64,000 nt of DNA from an uncultured Bacilli bacterium (GCA_934163035.1 CAKPJX010000001.1:17294-81293), one strand, 5' to 3'; positions 18,826-29,206 are shown, counted from the first letter of the stretch. Made by a program: numbers and translations. Notes: generated by a model not told the origin, from the sequence alone.

Positions 18826-19338
18826 CTAGCTGCTTTTCTTATAACATATCTGAATTAAAGAAATAACATTAGTAATTACACAAAATAAATCGAACATAGC
18901 CGAAGTATATGATCTTATACATATATCATATACTAGCCACAACACTGTTGTAAAAATAACTAAAAACTTAAATCTAACAATACTCTTAGTATTCATAAAA
19001 AATATATATGAAACAGTACTAATCATAGGTAATAATCCAATAATGCCTAAATCATTAAAAACAACAGTTAAACCAACTGATAAAATCGTTAAAATTACTA
19101 TTTCAAATATACCAAGCTTTCCCTTGTAACATAAAATATTTCTTATACAACTCAAAAAATTAACAATAGCTCCAGATATTCCACCCAAAATAATATTACT
19201 CAATATAAAAAGTCCGCATTGTACAGTTTGAGCAAATAATATTTGTTTTTTATCCTTTAAAATGCCTGCATATACCATCACAATAGAAGCTAGTAAAGCA
19301 ACAACATTTCCAATTATCACATAAATCACATTTACCAC
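18826..19338 (-). CDS. YgjV-like inner membrane protein
   Basis: 170 aa with ~5 TM helices and a GTG start. The family call rests on size and topology only. Confidence 0.45.
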   Translation of the reverse strand: MVNVIYVIIGNVVALLASIVMVYAGILKDKKQILFAQTVQCGLFILSNIILGGISGAIVNFLSCIRNILCYKGKLGIFEIVILTILSVGLTVVFNDLGIIGLLPMISTVSYIFFMNTKSIVRFKFLVIFTTVLWLVYDICIRSYTSAMFDLFCVITNVISLIQICYKKSS

Positions 19339-19371
19339 CCCAAAAATCTAGCAGTATAAATCAGTCAATAT

Positions 19372-19998
19372 TTAATTAACCACCTCTACCCCAAACATTC
19401 CAACTATATTATAACATTGAAAGCTATTAATCACTATATTTTTTAATGTGCCAATATCAAAATTAATTTCTGTTATATCACAATCAGTAAAATCTAGTTT
19501 ATCATGATGAACTCTCACAAATTCACTATTACAGAATTTACAATTATTAAATTCTGTATTTTTCATATCAGCTCCATTAAAAGTAGCCTCACTAAATTCA
19601 CTATTAGTAATTTTAATATTCTTAATTCTACTATTAGAAAAATTAGCATACTTAACATTACAATTAGTAAACTCAATATCTTTTAAATTACTATCTATAA
19701 AACTAGTTCCAACTAATTTACAGTTTACAAACTGTACACGATCAATAAATTGTTTATCAAAAGATTTATTTGAAAGATCACAATTCTTAAATATAACATC
19801 AAGTAATTCAACATTTTCTAATTCTATTACACTAAAATCAATATTTTCAAAAATACAAGCATCAAACGTAATTGAAGAAATTTTAACCTCATCACTTATA
19901 TTCTCGTTATATAAAGAATTACAAAATTCATCATCATCAATAGATAAACTTAAACTTTTAACTTCACAATTACTAACCTTAGGAGAATTAATCTTCAT
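19372..19998 (-). CDS. pentapeptide repeat protein
   Basis: Continuous A(D/N)LXX-type pentads, e.g. FKNCDLSNKSF, FVNCKLVGTSF, FTNCNVKYANFSNSRI. Confidence 0.8.
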   Translation of the reverse strand: MKINSPKVSNCEVKSLSLSIDDDEFCNSLYNENISDEVKISSITFDACIFENIDFSVIELENVELLDVIFKNCDLSNKSFDKQFIDRVQFVNCKLVGTSFIDSNLKDIEFTNCNVKYANFSNSRIKNIKITNSEFSEATFNGADMKNTEFNNCKFCNSEFVRVHHDKLDFTDCDITEINFDIGTLKNIVINSFQCYNIVGMFGVEVVN

Positions 19999-20003
19999 AA
20001 AAT

Positions 20004-20474
20004 TTACCTATTATTACTTTCATAAATTAAAGCTTCGTATAATAAATCTACTATATAGTTAGATTTTTCTAATTTATATTTTTCAATCATTTTATCAATT
20101 GCTTGATCATCATTATCAATATCTAAATACGAAAAAATATTAACTTTTTTATTTTTCAAATCTTTTAAATAATTATTAGTATATAAGTTATCTATAATGA
20201 ATAGCTCAAAACCTTTACACCACTTGCTAAATTTATTAACTAATTCAGAAGAACTATCTAAATAATTAAATTTATCCTTATCATAATCTACCATCTTTAA
20301 TACATAAGGATTATCTATATATTTAAAATCAAGTCTATAATCAAAACGATCAATAAGTTTTAATCCCTTTAGTTTTATTGCTGAAATTTGTGCTAGTGGT
20401 CCCTTTTCTGGACTGATTGCTGTAGGTATTAATTCAACTATAATATACTCTTTATTATCAAGTTTCTTCTTCAT
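20004..20474 (-). CDS. hypothetical protein, possibly a degenerate DnaQ-like exonuclease fold
   Basis: I prefer the start MKKKLDNKEYIIVELIPTA at 20474, which avoids overlap with the upstream gene. The YIIVELIPT and LFIIDN segments resemble Exo I/II. Confidence 0.35.
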   Translation of the reverse strand: MKKKLDNKEYIIVELIPTAISPEKGPLAQISAIKLKGLKLIDRFDYRLDFKYIDNPYVLKMVDYDKDKFNYLDSSSELVNKFSKWCKGFELFIIDNLYTNNYLKDLKNKKVNIFSYLDIDNDDQAIDKMIEKYKLEKSNYIVDLLYEALIYESNNR

Positions 20475-20478
20475 AAGT

Positions 20479-20805
20479 CTATACCTCGTTCCAATACTTT
20501 TTATTTTTAGAATAATAAATAACTTCTTTGCCCAACTTTTTAGCGTATTCAATCTCTAATTTAGTACTATTTCCAATATAATTATCAATATCTAGTACAA
20601 ATATGGCATCAGATAACTCAATTCTTTTTAAATGGGCTAGCTTTAATTTTTCTAACATATCTTCTTCTATTTTAATACAATCTAAAACATGATATACAGG
20701 TGTAAGAACACAATATCCTTCAATTGATAACAACTCACCAACAGCCATCATATCATCCATAAATTTTAGACTACCACATAAAGTTATAACTTTCATAAAA
20801 ATCAC
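20479..20805 (-). CDS. small nucleoside 2-deoxyribosyltransferase-like/DUF4406-like protein
   Basis: MKVITLCGSLKF...AIFVLD...YIGNSTKLEIEYAKKLGKEV pattern. Confidence 0.4.
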   Translation of the reverse strand: MIFMKVITLCGSLKFMDDMMAVGELLSIEGYCVLTPVYHVLDCIKIEEDMLEKLKLAHLKRIELSDAIFVLDIDNYIGNSTKLEIEYAKKLGKEVIYYSKNKKYWNEV

Positions 20806-20811
20806 TTTTAA

Positions 20812-21384
20812 CTACACGTTTTTATTTCGAATATAGTCACCATCAAATTCACTAGCAAGTATATCCATATGCAATTTATCATAGTACTTTCCATTCAAAA
20901 ATACAGACTCCCTAATTCTACCTGCATCTTTAAAGCCACACTTTAAATAACACTTATGAGCCCTCTCATTTACATCTAAAAGTTCAAGTCTTATACTATG
21001 TAAATTTAAATATTTAAAACCATACTCTAATATTAATTTAATGGCTTCAGTACCATATCCATTACTTCTATAATCACTATCACCAATAAAAATACCTAAT
21101 ACAGCACTTCTATTAACACTATTAAAACTTTCTAAACTAACTGTTCCAATCAATTTATCATTAGTAATATCTACAATATTAAACTTTTTATCACCACCAT
21201 CTTTGGCAGACCTTTCAATCCATTCTTTCTCACTTGCAAGTGTTACTAGATTAGCACTTCCACCAATATAATCAGTTACCTGAAAATCATTCATCCACTC
21301 CGCAAACTTTAAAATCTCCTCATCCGTTGTACCTTTTGGTGATAAATAAATTCTATCTCCTACTAATTTCTTAAAATAATCCAT
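20812..21384 (-). CDS. GNAT family N-acetyltransferase (RimJ/RimL-like)
   Basis: GYGTEAIKLILEYGF and NERAHKCYLKCGF motifs. Confidence 0.8.
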   Translation of the reverse strand: MDYFKKLVGDRIYLSPKGTTDEEILKFAEWMNDFQVTDYIGGSANLVTLASEKEWIERSAKDGGDKKFNIVDITNDKLIGTVSLESFNSVNRSAVLGIFIGDSDYRSNGYGTEAIKLILEYGFKYLNLHSIRLELLDVNERAHKCYLKCGFKDAGRIRESVFLNGKYYDKLHMDILASEFDGDYIRNKNV

Positions 21385-21458
21385 CTTTCTCCTCCATACA
21401 TAATATATTTAAAAAAATTATACACTAAAAAACAATATATTCCTACACTAATATAAAA

Positions 21459-22103
21459 TTACTTCAATAAAGTTTTAGCATATTCATCATAACTATTAAA
21501 CTTATTTTTATCATTACCTAAAAATTCCTTATAATGAATCAAAAAATCATTAGCTGATTCAAAATCATATTTAAAATTATTATTTATATTTATACAAAGT
21601 AATGCTTCTATATAACTTTTCAAACCATTACCAGCATTAGACTCAATTAAATCTTTTATTGAATATTTAAAAGTCTCTTCTGGCATACTAATCAACTCAT
21701 CATATATAGATTGATTAGTCCTAATATAATCATAAGGATTTGACGACATAGATGGACCATTATCAACTATTGTATTTATTTTTTTCTCTATATCTAAATC
21801 CATCTCATTACTAAGACGTTCTCCCTCTTCGAATTTTATATACTTTGAATTTACTACATTCTTTTTAAACCATTCCTGTTGTTTTTTACTATTATCAACT
21901 AATCCAACAACTACAACATAATTTTCTAAATCAACATAATTATAACTATAATTATTATATTTATCTTCATTAGTTTGAAAGTAATTTATTATCTCATTAT
22001 TAATAATGTTTAATTCATCAATAGTTACTTTTTTCCTTTTAAAGCAGCCCGTTATCCCTAAAAGTAAAAGCAAAAACACGACAATCAATAGTATCTTTTT
22101 CAT
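21459..22103 (-). CDS. lipoprotein, unknown function
   Basis: MKKILLIVVFLLLLLGITGC lipobox. I trimmed the start to 22103, which has a GGAGG RBS. Confidence 0.65.
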   Translation of the reverse strand: MKKILLIVVFLLLLLGITGCFKRKKVTIDELNIINNEIINYFQTNEDKYNNYSYNYVDLENYVVVVGLVDNSKKQQEWFKKNVVNSKYIKFEEGERLSNEMDLDIEKKINTIVDNGPSMSSNPYDYIRTNQSIYDELISMPEETFKYSIKDLIESNAGNGLKSYIEALLCININNNFKYDFESANDFLIHYKEFLGNDKNKFNSYDEYAKTLLK

Positions 22104-22145
22104 AATTAAAACCTCCAATAACAAAGTTAAAATATAAACTATAAA

Positions 22146-23672
22146 TTATTTACTAATAGATATCAAGTACTCTTCTAATATATCTAATAAATAATCAGCT
22201 GCATCCAACCCATCTGCCTTCATTCTAAGCATTGTAATTAAATCATCATCATTCATTTCAATAATTAGTTTACCATTTTCAGTTAATATTCCAGTAGCTG
22301 CCTTTCGAGCATTATGAGAAAAACCCTTTCTTGAAATAATGATCGCCACATTTCTTAAAACTGCATTATATAAATATTTTTCTGTTATATAAATAAGGTT
22401 TTGATCGACCTCATCTTTATAATTCTTAAATTCAAAAACTATAAATCTTGTATTATAATGTTCAATAAGAACTTCCCAAAATGTAGAAGTACCTTTTAAG
22501 CCACATACTAAATCCATTCTAAACATCTTATCATCAGTACTATTCTGTTCTAACATTCTAGTAAATTCAGCCTCAAATAAAAATTTAATAATATCTACAC
22601 ATAATTTTTCATACTTTTTATCATTATTATCATTATTACCACATTCCATATTTTCTAGTTTATATATAAAGGATTTAACAATATCCATTTCACTTTCATT
22701 ATTATTATTAAAAGACTTTCCAAACTTTAAAGAATCAATACTAATTGGTAACTTAGGAATTATATCATAAATATTATACTGAATAACACCAATTAACTCT
22801 CGCATTAGCTTTTCATTTTTTTGCGACAAGTATAATAAATTAGAAACATCAATAATTAATATTTGCTTTTCTAGATAAGTTTGTTTTTTGATCTCGTCTG
22901 GAACATAGCAAGCCATAACTAGTATAGCATCTACATTATTCTTAGACTTCCCATGCCATACTTTCATATAAGAATACAAACGATCTACTGAATAATTAAT
23001 AATTGTATTTTCTATATACTTACTCCTATAGTTTTTAGTCTCTACAATTATTTTTTTATCACCATTACAGGCAACAAAATCAACCCTCATCATCATTTGA
23101 TCATTACTTAGAGCCACGTCTCTCTCAATACTAGAAAAACCTAGTTCACTAAATAAATCTTCTATAAATTTTTCAAACCTATAATCCGTTTGATTAGGAT
23201 TAATATAACCTTCATTAATTATTTGTTCTGTAGTTATAGAATAATCAATACTTATATCATCTAACCAGTTACTACTATCTACTATTCTTTGACCTCTATT
23301 ACAAAAGCATATTAATCTAGCCTCTTTTGATGAACAATATATATTTTTATAATTTTTCTCTGATAAATTTTCTATATCATTCAATATAATATAATCAAAA
23401 TTATCTGCTATAGGATAGTTATAGTAACTACCTATTCCTACATTTTTATAGTCCTTCAAAAGTTCTTTAAAATGGTATTCTAACATCCTAGTTCTATTTA
23501 GTATTAAAATTCTACTCTCTAAATTTAATAGTTCAATTAATTTCTTAATTATAGTACTTTTGCCAGACCCTGTTGGTAATTCTATAACTACCTGCTTAGA
23601 ACCTTGTTTAATTTTTTTAATAATAATATCAATTACCTCTTGTTGATAACCTCGTATATTAACATTATTCAT
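22146..23672 (-). CDS. ResIII-like half-helicase fused to two Mrr-like PD-(D/E)xK nuclease modules
   Basis: - RGYQQEVI...ELPTGSGKS (helicase motif I).
- IILNDIENL stands in place of DExH.
- FEKFIEDLFSELGF...VDFVACNGDKKIIVETKNY (first nuclease module).
- YEKLCVDIIKFLF...MDLVCGL...FIVFEFKNY (second nuclease module). Confidence 0.6.
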   Translation of the reverse strand: MNNVNIRGYQQEVIDIIIKKIKQGSKQVVIELPTGSGKSTIIKKLIELLNLESRILILNRTRMLEYHFKELLKDYKNVGIGSYYNYPIADNFDYIILNDIENLSEKNYKNIYCSSKEARLICFCNRGQRIVDSSNWLDDISIDYSITTEQIINEGYINPNQTDYRFEKFIEDLFSELGFSSIERDVALSNDQMMMRVDFVACNGDKKIIVETKNYRSKYIENTIINYSVDRLYSYMKVWHGKSKNNVDAILVMACYVPDEIKKQTYLEKQILIIDVSNLLYLSQKNEKLMRELIGVIQYNIYDIIPKLPISIDSLKFGKSFNNNNESEMDIVKSFIYKLENMECGNNDNNDKKYEKLCVDIIKFLFEAEFTRMLEQNSTDDKMFRMDLVCGLKGTSTFWEVLIEHYNTRFIVFEFKNYKDEVDQNLIYITEKYLYNAVLRNVAIIISRKGFSHNARKAATGILTENGKLIIEMNDDDLITMLRMKADGLDAADYLLDILEEYLISISK

Positions 23673-23685
23673 TAATTATCTCCCA

Positions 23686-24216
23686 CTATTTAATATAATA
23701 AGTGTAATTTTCTTTTCTTGGTAGAGCCTTAGCCACTTCACCATCACGGTAACCTAAACAGCAAAATCCTATTCCCTCATAATCGCCATAAATACCTAAA
23801 TCTTTTAATATGTTTTTTCCAAAATCAGATTCAAATTCTTCCTTAGCTCTATGAATCCAAATACTTCCAAGTCCTAGACTTTCAGCTGCATTTAACATAT
23901 TCCCCATTACCAAGCTGCCATCGTAAATATGTGTAGGAATCTTCTTATCAGCTAAAACTATAAGTACAACAGGGGCTCCATAGAATGGATCAAGTCCTTC
24001 CTTTAATCCAACAATCTTTCCGTTTTCTAAAGCAAGCATATCACGCATCTTTTTATTTGTAACTGCTATAATAATAGGCGACTGCATTCCCTTTCCTGTT
24101 GGAGCATATGTTCCAGCTTTTATTACACTAGCTAACTCATCATCAGTTATCATATCAGACTTAAATTTTCTACAACTTCTCCTACTTTCTAATACCTTTA
24201 ATACCTCATTCATCAT
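23686..24216 (-). CDS. nitroreductase family protein
   Basis: RRSCRKF and APTGKGMQSP motifs. I trimmed the start to the ATGATG after GGAGGA at 24216. Confidence 0.85.
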   Translation of the reverse strand: MMNEVLKVLESRRSCRKFKSDMITDDELASVIKAGTYAPTGKGMQSPIIIAVTNKKMRDMLALENGKIVGLKEGLDPFYGAPVVLIVLADKKIPTHIYDGSLVMGNMLNAAESLGLGSIWIHRAKEEFESDFGKNILKDLGIYGDYEGIGFCCLGYRDGEVAKALPRKENYTYYIK

Positions 24217-24295
24217 AACAATCCTCCATTCATTAAAAATACGTAATATAACTATTACCAGTAACTTATCAACCAATAAAATAAAGATCTTATTA

Positions 24296-24502
24296 TTACT
24301 TTCTTTTGTTAAATATTATTGTCTTTTCTTTCATTGATATTTTACCAACTTCATATTCATACTCTTTTAGCTCTTTTTTATAAGTTAAAAATGCATGATC
24401 TATTTCAAATCCTAAAATATTTCTAATATCTTCATAAGACAATTTATAATTATCTTTATTGTTGTCTTTCAAATAATTCCATAGCAATTGATACTTACTC
24501 AT
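24296..24502 (-). CDS. 68-aa hypothetical protein
   Basis: Intact ORF. The LSYEDIRNILGFEI segment resembles small HTH-like accessory proteins. The family is uncertain. Confidence 0.4.
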   Translation of the reverse strand: MSKYQLLWNYLKDNNKDNYKLSYEDIRNILGFEIDHAFLTYKKELKEYEYEVGKISMKEKTIIFNKRK

Positions 24503-24523
24503 TTTTTAACCTCAATAAATTAA

Positions 24524-24702
24524 TTATTTATCATTCTTTTCAGAAATAGCTTTAGAAACCAAAATAATTCCTAATATGTTGACAGCAACAGAAATACCTA
24601 AAAGCACTCCACTTACAAAGTCGCCAAAATGACTGCTTCCTTACCACCAAAAAATGTATAACACAAATATAATACATTTCCAATATAATTAAAAATATTC
24701 AT
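24524..24702 (-). pseudogene. frameshifted small membrane protein remnant
   Basis: MNIFNYIGNVLYLCYTFFGGKEAVILATL stops, then continues in another frame as GDFVSGVLLGISVAVNILGIILVSKAISEKNDK. Confidence 0.3.
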
Positions 24703-24834
24703 ATTTTACTTTTTTCTATATTAACATCTCCTCTATCTAAATTATATCATAGAAAAAGAGTTTTAATAAACCCTCTAAAAATTCAAATTAAACTATTTTA
24801 TAATTTTTTACTACTAATAAATATTTTAGAATTT

Positions 24835-25242
24835 TCATCTCTTAAGCCACATATACATACCATCTTCAACAACATTCTTCTTAACTTTAAATCCAAACTT
24901 AGAATAAAAATCCTGTTTACCTGGAGCCGATAATAATTGAATCATCATTTCTTCACCATCTAGCATTTGATCTTTAATATGTTCTAATAAAGCCTCTAAT
25001 AGTTTTTTTCCATACCCATTACCCTGATACTTAGGTTTTACTACTACATCCATTACAAGCCCAGCATAACCACCATCACTAACAAATCTTGCCATACCTA
25101 TTACTTCATTATCTAAAACATATTTAACATTCATTCCATTTTTAAGTGAAATTTCCAAAAGTCTTTTAACTGGTATCTTCCAGCCAACTGAATTTAAAAT
25201 TTCTACATATTCTTCAAACATTAAATCATTATAAATTATCAC
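24835..25242 (-). CDS. GNAT family N-acetyltransferase
   Basis: VVVKPKYQGNGYGKKLLEALLEH motif. GTG start after GGAGGA. Confidence 0.8.
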   Translation of the reverse strand: MIIYNDLMFEEYVEILNSVGWKIPVKRLLEISLKNGMNVKYVLDNEVIGMARFVSDGGYAGLVMDVVVKPKYQGNGYGKKLLEALLEHIKDQMLDGEEMMIQLLSAPGKQDFYSKFGFKVKKNVVEDGMYMWLKR

Positions 25243-25261
25243 AAACTATCCTCCTAAAATA

Positions 25262-25537
25262 AACTTACTTTCTATATATACTCATAATTATTTTATCATT
25301 TAAAATAGATGAATTAAAGAACTCTAATAATGTTCTCTGAAAATATTCACCACGCTTAAATTTATTTTATCTATCAGTATTAGTCCTATAATATTCTTTC
25401 TCATTTTTTGTTCTTATCAGCGCTCACTTTAAAGAATCACTATGTATCAAACTATAATTATTATATTTATCTTTTAACATCTCACTTAATGTAGTTTTTC
25501 CTGATCTACCTATACCAATTATTAAAATATTTCTCAT
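25262..25537 (-). pseudogene. truncated/frameshifted P-loop NTPase (adenylate-kinase/topology-modulation-like)
   Basis: An AGGTGG RBS precedes MRNILIIGIGRSGKTTLSEMLKDKYNNYSLIHSDSLK and a stop. The coding signal continues in another frame with further stops. Confidence 0.5.
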
Positions 25538-25596
25538 TATTTTACCACCTATTTTTTAATATAAAACTAACATCATGGCTAACAATCTCTATTCAA

Positions 25597-26453
25597 TTAT
25601 AACATATCTTCTATTCTTTTAATTAATTCTTTAATATATAACTCCTCACGTATTTTATAAATATAACTATATTTTTTACCAATATCTTTTAATGACATAC
25701 CACTTATATATACCGTTTTTCTATCTAGTATTATATATCTATCATGAAATGAATTTTTACTCATAAAAACTATATTTTTATATTGAATAGTATATTTTTT
25801 TATTAGAGTATCATCTATATTTTTAGATAGTATAATAATTTTTCTATTAATGTTTCTTAATATATCTAATAATTCTTTATTTACATAATTATCTATAATT
25901 ATAATTTCTTCTCTAGCCTCATTTAAAATATCAACCAAAACAGAATATGCATCATAAATTTTATCCTCATATATAATAGAACTTCGCCTAGAGGCTAATT
26001 TATCAAATAATTCTTCTAATTTCATTATTCTCTCTTCATGATTTATCAATATAGAGCTTCTGCTATCATTAGATAAATATTTTCTCATATAGACAAAAGC
26101 ATCAATTATCTTCATGCTTATTATATCAGCAACCTGTGTTTTTAATATCGTTGCAAGCATAACTACACCTTGCTCAGTAAATACAAACGGTAATTTTCTA
26201 ACACCTCCATAATTTTTTGAGCTTGCGGTCCCAACTTGTGACTTCAAGTTTTTATATTCTTCATTAGTTAACTGGAACATATATCTCTCAGGGAATTTAT
26301 TAATATGTCTTTTTACCGCCTGATTAATTGTTTTAGTACCATTTTTGCATTCATACAATTTTGCCAAATCAGAATCTAACATTACTGCTTTCCTCTTATT
26401 TCATAAATCATATTTTCTACCTTTTCTTCTTTTATTATTTCGTTTTCGATCAT
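25597..26453 (-). pseudogene. ORF6N (KilA-N-like) domain protein with a 5' frameshift
   Basis: The track ORF starts at MLDSDLAKLY...FPERYMFQLT. Upstream, MIENEIIKEEKVENMIYEIRGKQ (ATG 26453, GGGAGGG RBS) ends in TAA and is out of frame by one nt, exactly where the family reads IRGxQVMLDSDLA. Confidence 0.65.
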
Positions 26454-26730
26454 TTTTACCCTCCCCAATAAAAAAGGAACATATCTCTTATAAGATATAT
26501 TCCGCAGTTATGCATACATTCCCTATTGCCAAAAGAATATACACGTTATCGTCCAAATTGTCATATTAATGTAAGGCAATGTAATTAATACAATCTAATC
26601 TTATCAAACATTTGTTATATATGCAATAACAAATCGCTTTATAATTATTGCCCATATAACTACATAATCTTTTAATTATAATCCCAATCAAATATATAAA
26701 ATCCTTAAAATTAATTTCATGTAAACTAAT

Positions 26731-27318
26731 TCAATTAACATTTAAAGTATACATTTTTATTTTACCATTAACCATATATAATTGCTGAAACTTTTCTCTT
26801 GACATTATTGTGATTCTTTCTTTTATATCCTTATCAAGCCTTATATAATGTTCTATTTTATCACAATAAAAATCAAAGCCAATCTTATCACTTAATCCCC
26901 TCGATTTAAAATTTTCTTCTGCATATCCATATATAATATTATCTATATCTAAATTTTTAAATACATAATGCATTGCATGTAAAATAGCCTCTGTCATATA
27001 TCCCCTTCTCCAATATGATGGATGAAGGTTAACAGAAACTTCTAATGATTTATTTTCAGGATTATATCTATCTAAAGTTAGATTGCCAATAGGTGTCAAA
27101 TCATCTTTTTTATATACTATAAAATCAATTGTATATGGCTCATCCGCTAAACTTTCATACCCCTTTAATTTTTCAGGATCGTATTTTACAAATTCAAATT
27201 CCCCATCTATATTTCTTAATCTAGTAAAATCATATTCATATACTTTTACAAAATCCTCATATGTTCCTCGTTTTAAAATTAATCTTTCTGTTTCTAGTTC
27301 GGGTGTTTCATACATCAT
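26731..27318 (-). CDS. GNAT family N-acetyltransferase (RimJ-like)
   Basis: LILKRGTYEDF and WRRGYMTEAILHAMHYVF motifs. Confidence 0.75.
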   Translation of the reverse strand: MMYETPELETERLILKRGTYEDFVKVYEYDFTRLRNIDGEFEFVKYDPEKLKGYESLADEPYTIDFIVYKKDDLTPIGNLTLDRYNPENKSLEVSVNLHPSYWRRGYMTEAILHAMHYVFKNLDIDNIIYGYAEENFKSRGLSDKIGFDFYCDKIEHYIRLDKDIKERITIMSREKFQQLYMVNGKIKMYTLNVN

Positions 27319-27360
27319 AAAATTTTCTCCTTAATAAAGTAATATAGCATTAAAAGTTCA

Positions 27361-28011
27361 TTAATTATCTAACGCTTTCTTTTCTACCTTAATTTCATAT
27401 AATTTCTTAGGTTTAGAATATTCATCTTCATTTCTAGTCATCTGTGTTTCTTTTGCTTCAACATTACCTATAATACTAAAATATTTATTTACATCTTCCA
27501 AATCAAAAAATCTTTTAGTATAATCACCTTCAAAATAATAATTATTTTCTAACTTTTCTCCTTGTCCTGCACCAAAATTAAAGTCATTTATTGAAGCTAC
27601 TCTCGATAATAAAATACCACCATCTTTTAAAATTCTTTTAATTTCTCTCATTATATGTATAGTTGTTTCATTATTAAAATAATGTAGTGACAAATCTGCA
27701 ATTATCAATGAATATTTATTATCAGCGATAGGAAATTTTTTCATCATATCTAAATATAAAGTTTTACTATTAAAAATATTATTACTAACACTCTTTAATG
27801 CCTCAGTTGAAAAATCACAAGATAAAACATTATAACCTCTTTCCAATAAGTATAAAGTATCTGCTCCTATTCCACACCCTAAATCTAATATCTCATGATT
27901 TTTATTTTTTTGTAAAATGTCTTTATACTCATCTAACCACAAATCATAAACTGGTATGCTACTACGTTTTTTAGACCAACTATCCCACATTTTTACAAAT
28001 CCATCATTCAT
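27361..28011 (-). CDS. class I SAM-dependent methyltransferase
   Basis: Motif I ILDLGCGIGADTLYLLERG and post-I CDFS. Confidence 0.8.
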   Translation of the reverse strand: MNDGFVKMWDSWSKKRSSIPVYDLWLDEYKDILQKNKNHEILDLGCGIGADTLYLLERGYNVLSCDFSTEALKSVSNNIFNSKTLYLDMMKKFPIADNKYSLIIADLSLHYFNNETTIHIMREIKRILKDGGILLSRVASINDFNFGAGQGEKLENNYYFEGDYTKRFFDLEDVNKYFSIIGNVEAKETQMTRNEDEYSKPKKLYEIKVEKKALDN

Positions 28012-28314
28012 TTTACCAACCTCTTTCTAAAAAATTTCACTATCAAAAATAGTAACTAATCAAACCATGCCAATCAGGACAATATGGTGAAAAATATTCT
28101 TTCTAAACAACCTCAGTATATTTTTTAGTAATTTATATTACATTTTTCAATATCTACCTAATAGTTGATTTTCCCTTTTCACATTAAATTATTATCCATA
28201 ATACTCTCATTCTATTATTTTAGATTTATAATTACTTCATTATACAATCTTAGTAATTCATTGTATGTTTGATTTAAACCAGCACTCACTAGTCTTAAAT
28301 TATAATTTAAAAAA

Positions 28315-28758
28315 CTACTTTAAATCATCAATATTAATTTCTGCCTGTGTTATTAAAAATGAAGCCATCTCTTTTAAAATTTTTATTTCCTTAATTGACA
28401 TATCATCATAATCCAAATCAGAAGAATAATATAGAAAATCTGACATCAATTCTTTATATGCTTGAATATATTGCATGTATTTTTCATTCCAACCTTTGTC
28501 TGGATAATTAATAACACATCTTTCATACCCACCAATTTGCCTATAATTAGGTTTAAAATCCATTTTTCTTATATACCTCTTAATCCTGTCTAATTCTTTA
28601 ATAAATTTATTTAATTTTGTTATATACTCGGTATACATTTTTATTAGAAAATCATTTGTCATGTCTTCCTCATTTTTACTATATATATTATATTTTGGTT
28701 TCCATCTAATATAATACTTATAACTTAATTTTTTTCTTATTAACATATTAATCACCAT
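28315..28758 (-). CDS. hypothetical protein
   Basis: Intact 147-aa ORF with no recognisable motif. Confidence 0.4.
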   Translation of the reverse strand: MVINMLIRKKLSYKYYIRWKPKYNIYSKNEEDMTNDFLIKMYTEYITKLNKFIKELDRIKRYIRKMDFKPNYRQIGGYERCVINYPDKGWNEKYMQYIQAYKELMSDFLYYSSDLDYDDMSIKEIKILKEMASFLITQAEINIDDLK

Positions 28759-28864
28759 AACAAATTACTGTTTAATATCTTTGTTACCCAAATTCTAAAT
28801 TCAGTTGCTTTTTTTGAATTAACTCTATAACCTACTGCAATTATAGCATCTTAGTATAATTTTT

Positions 28865-29200
28865 TTATTCTTTTTCAATAACTTTTTCAAGAAAAATCTT
28901 TTCTTCAAAAGCACCACGCTTTTTACTTTTTCTATCAGCAATAGCTATAACTTCATTTAAATTTTTATTTTCTAAATTAGCTAATGCTCTAATTACTTCT
29001 AGCACATCAGCCAATTCTTCTACTCGATCATCACCTGTTGCTTCAATTACTTCTTTATATTCTTCATATAATTTTCTTTCCAATTCATTTTTATATTCAA
29101 TTTCATCCAATGTTTTTACAACTGGTGTTTCTCCATTTTCTTTTATTATGTTTGGAATTTTATCTCTTACTAATTTATTATATATTCTTTCCATCTTCAA
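28865..29200 (-). CDS. MazG-like nucleoside triphosphate pyrophosphohydrolase (house-cleaning type)
   Basis: YNKLVRDKIPNII...EEYKEV...EELADVLEVIRALA pattern. Confidence 0.7.
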   Translation of the reverse strand: MKMERIYNKLVRDKIPNIIKENGETPVVKTLDEIEYKNELERKLYEEYKEVIEATGDDRVEELADVLEVIRALANLENKNLNEVIAIADRKSKKRGAFEEKIFLEKVIEKE

Positions 29201-29206
29201 TTCTCC

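Noticed and set aside
26345-26569. A 74-aa plus-strand ORF.
   Set aside because: It is antisense to the ORF6N 5' fragment and its promoter region, and has no supporting signals.
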